This document shows positions 29,477 through 38,362 of a stretch of DNA of 64,000 nt, piece after piece. The notes under the pieces are model-generated. The model was not told the DNA's origin. It was given only the letters and a program-made list of their open reading frames with translations, and did no database searches. Location of the stretch: positions 1,920,001 through 1,984,000 of the forward strand of contig OY764265.1 in assembly GCA_963668355.1 (NCBI GenBank), read 5' to 3'. This DNA is from Bdellovibrionota bacterium. Lineage in GTDB: Bacteria; Bdellovibrionota_G; JALEGL01; DATDPG01. The position numbers and the translations under genes were made by a program. Every line of letters begins with the position of its first letter. The first letter of the stretch is position 1.

Positions 29477-31282
29477 GTGCCCACAAATCTAAAAAGCATC
29501 CGAAATTTTTCGATCATTGCCCACATTGATCACGGAAAGTCCACGTTGGCCGATCGATTTCTTGAGGTTACCGGGGCCATTTCTCATAGAAAAATGGAGG
29601 AACAATTTCTCGATAAGATGGAACTGGAGCGAGAACGGGGAATCACGATTAAGGCGCAATCGGCTCGGTTGGAATATTCTGCCAAAGATGGTCAGCGGTA
29701 TCAATTCAACTTAATTGATACGCCTGGACATGTGGACTTTTCCTATGAGGTGTCTCGCTCCCTGGCTGCTTGTGAAGGTGTGGTTTTATTGGTGGATGCG
29801 ACGCAAGGGGTTCAAGCTCAAACCTTAGCCCATGTTTATTTGGCTTTGGAAAATGAGCTGGAAGTGGTCCTGGTTCTCAACAAGATTGATTTGCCGAGTT
29901 CGGATGTTCCTCGCATTAAACAGGAGATTGAGGACATCATTGGGCTGGATGCATCCGATGCCATCGAAGTCAGTGCAAAGGATGGAACCAATGTGGAAGC
30001 GATTTTGGAGGCCGTGGTTGAGAAAATTCCTCCTCCTCAAGGAGAAGCTTCGGAGCCTCTTCAAGGGCTTTTGTATGACAGTTGGTATGACTCATATTTG
30101 GGCGTGGTTTGTCAGATTCGAGTGTTCAACGGTCAGATTCACAAGGGGATGAAAGTTCGATTCATGGCGACGGGACAAGAGTTCGAAGTGGATCGTGTGG
30201 GAGTCATGAATCCACTTCCTGTGAACGTTTCACAATTGTCTGCTGGGGAAGTTGGATTTTTTTCGGCCTCGATCAAGGATGTCCGAGAAACCAACGTAGG
30301 AGACACGATTACCAACGCGAAGAATCCGGCTTCCAAACCATTGGCCGGTTTTCAACGTGTAAAGTCGATGGTGTTTTGTGGAATTTTCCCGACAGCCGAA
30401 CAAAATTTCAGTGAATTGAGGGATGCTCTTGAAAAACTTCGTCTAAATGATGCCTCTTTCGAATTCGAGCCCGAGACCTCCAAGGCCTTAGGCTTCGGTT
30501 TTCGTTGCGGCTTCTTGGGTCTTTTGCATATGGAGATCATTCAAGAACGCCTGGAGCGCGAATTCGATGTGGATATCATCACGACGGCTCCCACGGTGGT
30601 ATATCGGGCGGTTCTTTTGCATGGTGGAGACGTGTTGGAAATTGAAAACCCTTCCAAGCTTCCTCCTTCGCAGGAAATTGCGGAAATTCAAGAACCCCTG
30701 ATTACGGTTACCATCCACATGCCTACCGAGTATCTGGGGGCAATTCTTTCGTTGTGTGAAGGGAGAAGGGGGCGCCAAGTTTCCATGGAATACCCCACGC
30801 CCAGTCACGTGGTGTTGAAGTATGATCTGCCATTTAACGAAATTGTTTTCGATTTTTATGACAAATTGAAATCGGTGTCGCGTGGATACGCATCTCTGGA
30901 CTATGAGATCAAAGGTTACGAGACCTCGGATTTGGTTCGTTTGGACATTCTCATCAATGGGGATCGTGTGGATGCATTGTCTCTGATTGTGCATCGGGAT
31001 AAGGCGTATTACCGAGGTCGCGAATTGGCCAAGAAAATGAAAGAGGTCATCCCCAAGCAAATGTTTGAGGTGGTGATTCAAGCAGCCATAGGAAATAAGA
31101 TCATTGCGCGGGAAGGCCTTTCGGCTTTGCGAAAGAATGTTACGGCGAAGTGTTATGGAGGCGACATTACGCGGAAACGAAAACTGCTTGAAAGACAAAA
31201 AGAGGGGAAGAAGCGCATGAAAAGATTGGGGAAAGTGGATTTGCCCCAAGAGGCGTTTTTGGCCATTTTGAAGGTTGAGTAG
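29477..31282 (+). CDS. lepA: Elongation factor 4 (LepA)
   Basis: [34 protein letters not shown]. Confidence 0.98.
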   Translation: MPTNLKSIRNFSIIAHIDHGKSTLADRFLEVTGAISHRKMEEQFLDKMELERERGITIKAQSARLEYSAKDGQRYQFNLIDTPGHVDFSYEVSRSLAACEGVVLLVDATQGVQAQTLAHVYLALENELEVVLVLNKIDLPSSDVPRIKQEIEDIIGLDASDAIEVSAKDGTNVEAILEAVVEKIPPPQGEASEPLQGLLYDSWYDSYLGVVCQIRVFNGQIHKGMKVRFMATGQEFEVDRVGVMNPLPVNVSQLSAGEVGFFSASIKDVRETNVGDTITNAKNPASKPLAGFQRVKSMVFCGIFPTAEQNFSELRDALEKLRLNDASFEFEPETSKALGFGFRCGFLGLLHMEIIQERLEREFDVDIITTAPTVVYRAVLLHGGDVLEIENPSKLPPSQEIAEIQEPLITVTIHMPTEYLGAILSLCEGRRGRQVSMEYPTPSHVVLKYDLPFNEIVFDFYDKLKSVSRGYASLDYEIKGYETSDLVRLDILINGDRVDALSLIVHRDKAYYRGRELAKKMKEVIPKQMFEVVIQAAIGNKIIAREGLSALRKNVTAKCYGGDITRKRKLLERQKEGKKRMKRLGKVDLPQEAFLAILKVE

Positions 31283-31314
31283 GTCGGGACCCCCAAATGG
31301 GTTAAAATGGAGGG

Positions 31315-31671
31315 ATGGCTGCCCCCCGAAATATCAATATTGTTAGCATTACCATGTTCCTCATAATGGTCGCAGGGGTTTATGGTTCCATTCAATATCT
31401 TCCGTATTATTGGAAAAAGACGAAGCTTGAGGAGCTTGTTAAGAGTGAGTCTTATGGTGCCCGGAGGAAAGATGCCTACGAGGTGACCACAGGAATTGTC
31501 GACCGGGCAGAAAGGGAAATGGGAATCGTCTTAGATCCTGAAGAGATTGTTGTTCTCAAAGATAAGGATCGCGTTCGTGTGGATGTGATTTGGCATTTCT
31601 CAGTTGAACATCCTTTGCACAAAACGACGCATCACTCCTTCAAGGTGACTGCGGAGACCGTGTTCTACTAG
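31315..31671 (+). CDS. Hypothetical single-TM pilin-like protein (DUF4845-like)
   Basis: N-terminal TM helix then alpha/beta domain; follows lepA. Confidence 0.5.
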   Translation: MAAPRNINIVSITMFLIMVAGVYGSIQYLPYYWKKTKLEELVKSESYGARRKDAYEVTTGIVDRAEREMGIVLDPEEIVVLKDKDRVRVDVIWHFSVEHPLHKTTHHSFKVTAETVFY

Positions 31672-31677
31672 GCAGTT

Positions 31678-32211
31678 CTAGGGTTTGACGAAGGATAAAT
31701 AATGTTTGAGTTCGTGGATTGACTCAAAAATATCATCTCGGGCGCGATGTCCTTCTTTTTTGGTCATTCGAATGCCGTATTTGTTTTCGAAAATTTCCTT
31801 AAAAGAAGACACGTCGATGATTCGGTAATGCAGTAAAGATGAAAATCGTTTTAGGTATGCATCGATGAAGCGTCGGTCTTGGCCTACAGAATTTCCACAC
31901 AAAACGGCACGGGTGTTGGGGAAATGTTTTTGTGTGAGAGCAATGAGTTCTTCTTCTACTTTTTCCAAAGGCGTTCCTGATTTAACAGCTTCTGTAAGTC
32001 CGCTTTTTCCGTGTGTTTTAACGCACCAGTCATCCATGAGGTCCAAAATTTCCTGGGGCTGAAAGACAATTGCAGCGTACTCATCCAAAGGTTCTAAATT
32101 ATAATCGGTGACGACGGCAGCAACCTCCAGGATATGGTCTCTCTTTTCATCGAGACCCGTCATCTCCATGTCAACCCACAACAACTTGTTGGCCTTAGGT
32201 GTGTCACTCAT
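31678..32211 (-). CDS. orn: Oligoribonuclease
   Basis: LWVDMEMTGLD, GNSVGQDRRF, HYRIIDVSS, HRAxDDIxESI. Confidence 0.95.
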   Translation of the reverse strand: MSDTPKANKLLWVDMEMTGLDEKRDHILEVAAVVTDYNLEPLDEYAAIVFQPQEILDLMDDWCVKTHGKSGLTEAVKSGTPLEKVEEELIALTQKHFPNTRAVLCGNSVGQDRRFIDAYLKRFSSLLHYRIIDVSSFKEIFENKYGIRMTKKEGHRARDDIFESIHELKHYLSFVKP

Positions 32212-32232
32212 GATAAGCAACGTACCATAAAA

Positions 32233-32682
32233 ATGGACGTTGTCCTTGTACATCCTGAAATTCCGTGGAACACCGGAAATGTGGCTCGCACATGTGTAGC
32301 GACTCAGACCCCTCTGCATTTGGTTAAACCCCTGGGCTTTTCTTTGGGGGATAAACAGATGAAGCGCGCGGGACTGGATTATTGGCCTCATTTAAATCTC
32401 CATGTGCACGACTCTTTGAAAGCGTACTATCAGACTGACGTCGCCGCTCGTCCAACGTTTTTGTTTTCTCGTTTTGCACGAAAATCTTTTTGGGATGTGG
32501 AAATGCCTTCGGATGCGGTGCTTGTTTTTGGAAGTGAAACCAAAGGGCTTCCGGATAGCATCAAACGACGTTATCGAGGATCGTTGGTTCGCATTCCGAC
32601 TCCAGGAAAGGTGCGTTCGCTCAATTTATCGACTTCCGTAGCCATTGCCCTTTTTGAAGCTCTCCGAAAAAACCAAGCATAA
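32233..32682 (+). CDS. trmL: tRNA (cytidine/uridine-34-2'-O)-methyltransferase
   Basis: PEIPWNTGN, KRAGLDYW, FGSETKGLP, RSLNLS. Confidence 0.93.
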   Translation: MDVVLVHPEIPWNTGNVARTCVATQTPLHLVKPLGFSLGDKQMKRAGLDYWPHLNLHVHDSLKAYYQTDVAARPTFLFSRFARKSFWDVEMPSDAVLVFGSETKGLPDSIKRRYRGSLVRIPTPGKVRSLNLSTSVAIALFEALRKNQA

Positions 32683-32699
32683 AACTCCTGTCGTGGGGC

Positions 32700-32827
32700 A
32701 GGAAAGCGCGCGAAGACAAGTTCTGGACGAAAGCGAAACCTCGGGGGAGGGAACCTCCCCCCCGGACCTTCGGTCCGGCTCCCCCCCCCCACGCTTTCGC
32801 TCAGAACTTGTCTCCTCACGCTTTCCT
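32700..32827. repeat. Long branched palindromic element
   Basis: Nested stems AGGAAAGCG/CGCTTTCCT, AGACAAGTTCTG/CAGAACTTGTCT, CGAAAGCG/CGCTTTCG; inner hairpins GGGGGAGG-GAA-CCTCCCCC and CCGGACC-TTC-GGTCCGG. Confidence 0.85.
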
Positions 32828-32857
32828 TCTCTTTCCCCCCAAGAATCCAAAAACGTC

Positions 32858-33072
32858 TCGAAAAGCTTTTTATCTTCAAACTTCCTTCGCTCCGAGTTTC
32901 GGCTTCTCGATTCGTTACGGTCACTTCCGGATGGGCCCCTCGTTGTCCGCCCCGCGATCATCCTCAAAAAAGGATGCCGCGGGTCGTCTCCGTTTCCCCT
33001 TCCTTTCGTTCCCTGGACGAATCGGTCGCCTTCACAGTCGCTCCGTAAGTTTGAAGATAAAAAGCTTTTCGA
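32858..33072. repeat. 215-bp element with perfect 26-bp terminal inverted repeats (MITE/REPIN-like)
   Basis: TCGAAAAGCTTTTTATCTTCAAACTT (32858-32883) and its reverse complement (33047-33072). Confidence 0.85.
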
Positions 33073-33170
33073 AGGCGACTTCTTGATATTTTTTATTCTT
33101 CTTAACTTTGTTAAGTACTCGGGGGTTGGGGGTGAAGAATGGATGTGAATATGGTATCCATGCGCCTCTT

Positions 33171-34022
33171 ATGAATACGACAAATTGGAAAGACGTCATC
33201 AAGGCTCCGCAAACCCATGAAGGGTGGTCCGTTTTGCACCAGGTCTATCAAATCAATTGGGCTGCCTGGAGAGAGATTTCTCCGCAGGACCAAGAAAATA
33301 TTTTGATTGAAGCGGAACAATTTTTTCAAGAACACAAAGCGTCCTCTGAGGGCGAAACGGCTTTGTTCAGCGTATTGGGATCTAAAGGGGATTTGTTGGT
33401 TTTACATTTTCGCAAAACCTTCGATGAGTTGAATGCGGCGGAACTGGCGTTTGCTCAAACCCATTTCTCCAGTTTTCTACAACCCATGGAATCGTATGTT
33501 TCGCTGGTTGAGTTGGGAACGTACGAAATGACCGTGAAGTTGGCCGAAGAGCTTTCAGCCAAAGGCCTTTCTCCCGACTCCGAAGATTGGAAAGCCCTGT
33601 GGCAAGAAAAGATGAAGGGGCAATACGAGAAAATGAAAGGACGAATTTTCCCAGAAGTCCCCAAGCGTAGGTACTTGTGTTTTTATCCCATGGACAAAAA
33701 AAGAGGAGAGTCTGTCAATTGGTACCAAGTTCCCATGGAAGAACGGCAACGGATGATGCGTGAACATGGGATGATTGGTCGAAAGTATGCCGGAAAAGTA
33801 ACCCAAATCATCACCGGGAGCATCGGCTTGGATGATTGGGAGTGGGGCGTCTACCTTTTTGCGGACATCCCAAACGTGTTCAAAGATTTGATTTATGAAA
33901 TGCGTTTTGATGAAGCCAGTGCAGCATATGCGGACTTTGGTCCATTCTGGACGGCGCTTCAGTTTTCGGCTTCAGAATTAAAAACTCTGATGAAAGGAGA
34001 AGCTCCATGTCTGAACGCGTAA
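33171..34022 (+). CDS. hemQ: Coproheme decarboxylase (ChdC/HemQ)
   Basis: EGWSVLHQ, YVSLVELGTY, CFYPMDKKR, NWY..PMEERQRMMREHGMIGRKYAG, GLDDWEWGV, YEMRFDEASA. Confidence 0.9.
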   Translation: MNTTNWKDVIKAPQTHEGWSVLHQVYQINWAAWREISPQDQENILIEAEQFFQEHKASSEGETALFSVLGSKGDLLVLHFRKTFDELNAAELAFAQTHFSSFLQPMESYVSLVELGTYEMTVKLAEELSAKGLSPDSEDWKALWQEKMKGQYEKMKGRIFPEVPKRRYLCFYPMDKKRGESVNWYQVPMEERQRMMREHGMIGRKYAGKVTQIITGSIGLDDWEWGVYLFADIPNVFKDLIYEMRFDEASAAYADFGPFWTALQFSASELKTLMKGEAPCLNA

Positions 34023-34387
34023 ACCAAGCGATTCTTTTCCTGGCCCATGGAACCAAAGAAATCGAAGCCTCTCAGCCGGTGTTTGAATATGCCAAAGCGC
34101 TTTCGGAAGAACTGAATATGCGTGTGGAGGGCTGTCTCCGGGAATTCATTGAACCGAGCATTCCAACGGTTGTGAAAAAATTGATCGAAGACGGCGTGGA
34201 AAAAATTTATGTTTTGCCCTTCTTTCTCTTTAAAAGCGGTCACGTTACCCGGGACATTGAAGAAGATATTCAAGCCGAACGGGAGAAACACGCTCATGTG
34301 GAGTTTGTTGTGGGAGAACCTGTAGGATTTGACCCGCGTCTCGTCTCTGTTTTGAAAGCGCGTGCCAAAGACGTGCTTTCCCGCTAA
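34007..34387 (+). CDS. Small class II chelatase (CbiX(S)/SirB-like)
   Basis: LAHGT, EF.EPSI, VLPFFLFKSGHVTRDI, EPVGFDP; overlaps the hemQ stop. Confidence 0.85.
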   Translation: MSERVNQAILFLAHGTKEIEASQPVFEYAKALSEELNMRVEGCLREFIEPSIPTVVKKLIEDGVEKIYVLPFFLFKSGHVTRDIEEDIQAEREKHAHVEFVVGEPVGFDPRLVSVLKARAKDVLSR

Positions 34388-34411
34388 ACGCTTGTTAATA
34401 TTGGCAAGGTA

Positions 34412-35659
34412 ATGAAATATCTCCTTGCTGCTGCCATTGTTCTGGGTTGTCAATTTTTCAGCGCTTCTGCGCTCGCGGACGGTCCTTTGCGCTCCATCAT
34501 CGTTTTTGGAAATGAAAAAACCGAGCGTGAGACCATTTTAAAAATTATCAGTGTTCCCCGACGAACCTACGTAGACCGACGCCTGATTCGGGATGTTGAT
34601 GATCGCTTGGTGAATTCCGGTTTGTTTAAAAAAGTTCGTGTCCGGAAAGTCGATAATCGAGATGGGACGGCTGATTTACGGGTTTATGTTGCGGAAAAAC
34701 AGCTCTGGTTCATTTTTCCCGTATTTCAAGCATGGAGCGGGCGATACAGCGGAGGTGCGATTTTCGGCGAAAAGAATTTATTCGTACCTCAAGGTAGCAC
34801 TCTGGCTTTGGCTCAGTATGGAAATGAATCTTATCGGGGCTTCATTGCTTACGATCAAAAGAATTTATGGGGTTCCGATTTTACCGTGCGTCTTTGGGGA
34901 TTGGGTCGAAGCGACAACGTCCCTCTCTACAACAATGCCACGTTTTTGGATCAAATCACGATGAAAGACAGTTCTGTGGCGTTGACTCCAGGATATCAAT
35001 GGACAAACGAAATCCATACGAATGTGGAAATTAAGTTTCGTCGGATATGGTATGGGGATTCCACCTTGGTCCCCGCTTCTGGAACCAAAGGAAACGATGT
35101 TTCTTTGAAAGCAGAGTTTCTTTACGACTCGATGAAACGGCGCTCCGCCTTTCTCAAAGGCATTAAATTCAAAGCTGCATATCAATTCGCGGAAACACGT
35201 TTTGGAAGTGATTATTCCTATCACACGCAAATGGTGAGTTGGCAGCAGGCCTTTCGCTTGGGGAAACATTTCAATTATGTCTATGACTTGTCGGGAGCCA
35301 TTGCTGATCCCTCGCTTCCTTTTCACAACGATTTCACGCTCGGAGGAAATTCCCTTCGCGGTTATCAAGATCGTCAATTCCGGGGTGATACGCAGTTAAC
35401 CGCAAAACAAGATCTCCTCTTTCGTCTGTTCCAACATTCCAAATTTTCTGTGTTTGGTTTGGTTTTTCATGACCTCGGCGTGTTGTATCGAGATTCCGTG
35501 GAGAACCTAGGACGTACGCATTTGCACAATGGTGTGGGTGCAGGTTTAAGGGTTTCACTTTCGGGAATCATTGCCCCCGTTTTTGGTGTGGACTTTGGGT
35601 ATGGGATTGAGGATGAGGATTATCACATCATCCTGGCTCTTGGTTTGGTTGATTTTTAA
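34412..35659 (+). CDS. Omp85/BamA-family outer-membrane protein with a single POTRA domain
   Basis: GNEKT...I POTRA start, LGGNSLRGY, GVGAGLR, C-terminal F. Confidence 0.85.
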   Translation: MKYLLAAAIVLGCQFFSASALADGPLRSIIVFGNEKTERETILKIISVPRRTYVDRRLIRDVDDRLVNSGLFKKVRVRKVDNRDGTADLRVYVAEKQLWFIFPVFQAWSGRYSGGAIFGEKNLFVPQGSTLALAQYGNESYRGFIAYDQKNLWGSDFTVRLWGLGRSDNVPLYNNATFLDQITMKDSSVALTPGYQWTNEIHTNVEIKFRRIWYGDSTLVPASGTKGNDVSLKAEFLYDSMKRRSAFLKGIKFKAAYQFAETRFGSDYSYHTQMVSWQQAFRLGKHFNYVYDLSGAIADPSLPFHNDFTLGGNSLRGYQDRQFRGDTQLTAKQDLLFRLFQHSKFSVFGLVFHDLGVLYRDSVENLGRTHLHNGVGAGLRVSLSGIIAPVFGVDFGYGIEDEDYHIILALGLVDF

Positions 35660-35850
35660 ACGATTGCGGGGCTATGAGAAAGAAAGGTCTTCCCATGAGC
35701 CCCCCCGCCCGGTGTAGATCCTCCCGAGTGATAGCTTCCCTCTTCATACCATTCTCTACGCCTTTCTGAATTTAGACATGTTCACTCCAAGAGGGAGCTT
35801 TCTGTTTTTGAGTTGTTTTTTGAGGTTTGACACATCGCGGTAGATTATTT

Positions 35851-37146
35851 ATGAAGGGCTCCATGAAGCGGTTGGGTGTTTTTATTGGTTTTTTGACTTT
35901 GGTTTCATGTCCCTTTTTTCCCATTCATTCTAAGGCATTGGCTCAGGGTTATGAGCGTCAAGACGTGCGTTTGGAAGAACTCTGGCGTTTGGGTGAAGAG
36001 GGGGATGAGGCGTTTTTCGGAGATATTCGAAAAGTGGTCGTAGGAGAAAATGGCTACATTTTCATCCTCGATAGCCAAAAGGAAGTTGTGGAAATGTACG
36101 ATTCCGAAGGGCAATACATTCGAGATATCGGAAGAAAGGACACGGGACCCGGAGAATATAATCAACCCTGGGGAATGTTCTTAATGGAAGGAAATCGAAT
36201 TGCCATTACGCAGCGTTTTGGTCGTCGGGTAGCCGTTCATCCCATTGACCCCACTCGGCCGATTGAAGTTCTTTCCCCAGAAGATTTCAAGATTCCCTCA
36301 ACCGGTGTTTTGGATGGAGTGGAGCAATCCAAGGGGCGTATTCTTGTTTTAACTGACGATCACAACTTCTCCGTTCGTCCTCCAACTTTTCGGAGGGTTT
36401 TAAAGCTTTTTCGTCGTGAGAAAATAAATTCGGAAGATTTTCAAGTCGAAACCTCTTCTTCTCAAGGTCACTCTGGGGGACATCCAGGGCATGCAAGTCA
36501 AACCGGACATTCTAAAGGAGGCCATCCTGGTGGAAAGAGTGTAGATCGTTCAAAAGATGAATCTATTGCTCTTCGAGAATTTTCCTCTTATGGCTTTGAA
36601 GTACTTCGAACGAAATTTGAGCATGATTGGGATCAAATTGAAAATTGTTGGGTTGTTAATGGGTCAAAACTTTTTGTGGCCGAAAATGATGCGTATGTGG
36701 TTCATGCTTGGGACATTGAAACCGGATCCAAGAAAATCGCTTTTCAAAGGCAAACGGAAAGATGTCCTAGAGACAAAGAGGAAAATGTTAAAATTGCTAA
36801 GGATTTGGACCATTTTTTCGGTGAGCGAGCGCATCTTAAGGATATCGAAACGCGAAAATTTCATCGAGCCATTTTGGGAATGCAGCTGCGAAATGACTCG
36901 GAAATATGGATTCAAACAGGCGTTGATCCCTGTGAACGAGACGATGATGTCGTTGCCGTTATGGATGTTTGGTCTTTGAGTGGAACCTTCTTGAAAACGA
37001 TTGAGTTTCACTCCGAGGGGAAGTATTTGGGATCATCTTTTCGAAATCGAGTTTACTTGCATGGAGACCGAATGTACGTTTCTACAAGAGGCGATGGCGA
37101 TCAACCCATGCAGTTAATCGCCTATTCTCTTCCCTTGGATATTTAG
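35851..37146 (+). CDS. Secreted 6-bladed beta-propeller protein
   Basis: Signal peptide ALA; IFILDS...YDSEGQYIRDIGRKDTGPGEY..P. Confidence 0.75.
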   Translation: MKGSMKRLGVFIGFLTLVSCPFFPIHSKALAQGYERQDVRLEELWRLGEEGDEAFFGDIRKVVVGENGYIFILDSQKEVVEMYDSEGQYIRDIGRKDTGPGEYNQPWGMFLMEGNRIAITQRFGRRVAVHPIDPTRPIEVLSPEDFKIPSTGVLDGVEQSKGRILVLTDDHNFSVRPPTFRRVLKLFRREKINSEDFQVETSSSQGHSGGHPGHASQTGHSKGGHPGGKSVDRSKDESIALREFSSYGFEVLRTKFEHDWDQIENCWVVNGSKLFVAENDAYVVHAWDIETGSKKIAFQRQTERCPRDKEENVKIAKDLDHFFGERAHLKDIETRKFHRAILGMQLRNDSEIWIQTGVDPCERDDDVVAVMDVWSLSGTFLKTIEFHSEGKYLGSSFRNRVYLHGDRMYVSTRGDGDQPMQLIAYSLPLDI

Positions 37147-37917
37147 CTCTTTTCCAAAGAAACGGTCCAGTTTCACGTTTTTCATGGCAGATCGGGCACT
37201 TTCCCGAAGGCTCGGGATTTCTGCAGACATTTTTGTGATCCAAGCTTTTACTTGCTTCCTCTTTAGGTCGCTGTATTCGTGGTCTGGATGCGTGGGGCAA
37301 ATCGGGCATGCACAGCCGATCATCGGAAATCCCCTTTCCTTTGCGTAATCCGCGACATCTTGTTCAAAAATATAGAGAAGAGGACGGATGATGGGGGGGT
37401 GTCCAGAATCGGAAATGAGAACCGGTGGAAGGGCAGCCAATCGTCCTCCGTAAAAAAGGTTTAAGAAAAGCGTTTCCAACGCGTCGTCGAAATGATGCCC
37501 CAAGGCAATTTTGGTCGCGCCCATTTTTTCGGCAGCCGTGTAAATGGCTCCTCGTCTCAACTTTGCACACATGGAGCAAAAGGTGCTGCCTTCTTCTTTC
37601 TTTTCCGAAACGGTTTGAAAAATGGACTGACGTACCAGGTGAAAAGGAATGTCCATCGCCTTACAGGCTTCTTCAAACGCGGACGTATCGAGTCCTTCAA
37701 GGCCTCCGTCAATGGTTAGGGCGGAAACACGGAAAGAAATGGGAGCCTTTTTCTGCAATTCGACCAGAAGGCCCGCAAGCGCCCAGGAGTCCTTTCCTCC
37801 CGAGAGGCCGACGACCACATGGTCCCCTTCTTCCAACATCTGATGTCCGAGGATGGCTTCGGAAAAGGCTTTTTTGATTCGTGATGTGGTCTTTCCGGTC
37901 ATTTTATCCAAATACAC
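37114..37917 (-). CDS. ttcA: tRNA 2-thiocytidine(32) synthetase
   Basis: SGGKDS PP-loop, CSMC, LRRG, GHHFDD, IIRPL, CACPIC. Confidence 0.92.
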   Translation of the reverse strand: MYLDKMTGKTTSRIKKAFSEAILGHQMLEEGDHVVVGLSGGKDSWALAGLLVELQKKAPISFRVSALTIDGGLEGLDTSAFEEACKAMDIPFHLVRQSIFQTVSEKKEEGSTFCSMCAKLRRGAIYTAAEKMGATKIALGHHFDDALETLFLNLFYGGRLAALPPVLISDSGHPPIIRPLLYIFEQDVADYAKERGFPMIGCACPICPTHPDHEYSDLKRKQVKAWITKMSAEIPSLRESARSAMKNVKLDRFFGKELNIQGKRIGD

Positions 37918-37955
37918 GAATGGCGAGGTTTGGGATCCAAAAGCCTCGCCATTCG
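37917..37955 (-). terminator. Strong stem-loop immediately after the histone gene
   Basis: CGAATGGCGAGG...CCTCGCCATTCG, 12-bp perfect stem. Confidence 0.7.
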
Positions 37956-37962
37956 AAAAAAT

Positions 37963-38205
37963 TTATATCGCAAGGAGGTCGTGCCCGCGAACGGTTTTTC
38001 GCTTGTTTAGCTGGGCACGTTTAACAGCCTGGTCCAACTCGAATTGAATTCCAAAATTAATGGCTGCAAAAACATCTGAAGAAGAATTCATTCCCTTGGC
38101 AGAGATGAATTCTTTGATTTTCGACTTCATTACGAAGCTTTCAACCTTAATGGTTCTTTTTTTTGTCGTTTTTTTTGCTTTTTTAGCTTTCTTTTTCTTC
38201 GCCAT
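37963..38205 (-). CDS. Bacterial histone-fold protein with Lys-rich N-terminal tail
   Basis: Core ..VMKSKIKEFI..KGMNSSSD...AVKRAQLNKRKTVRGHDL has the histone-fold L2/alpha3 signature (RKTV...D); SD AAGGAG. Confidence 0.88.
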   Translation of the reverse strand: MAKKKKAKKAKKTTKKRTIKVESFVMKSKIKEFISAKGMNSSSDVFAAINFGIQFELDQAVKRAQLNKRKTVRGHDLLAI

Positions 38206-38362
38206 GTTTTCTCCTTAAATGCGGGATTGGGATTTTTTGAATATTCAAAGCTTACCCAAAGGCCCCTCGAAAAGAAAAAGAAAAACAACCCCCGGATATC
38301 GCTGCCTTAGTTTGACATTCGTGGTTGATAATGATTGGTATGGCAGCCAAAAGGAGTTTGTC

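Noticed and set aside
30488..31249. Long antisense ORFs (here 253 aa opposite lepA; also 11209-12012 and 39316-39987)
   Set aside because: Shadow frames of well-supported genes
32571..33148. ORFs of 92-167 aa across the palindromic intergenic region
   Set aside because: Low-complexity translations produced by the inverted repeats; no SD or domain features
35690..35760. Possible tRNA/ncRNA after the Omp85 gene
   Set aside because: No cloverleaf, T-loop or convincing stem found
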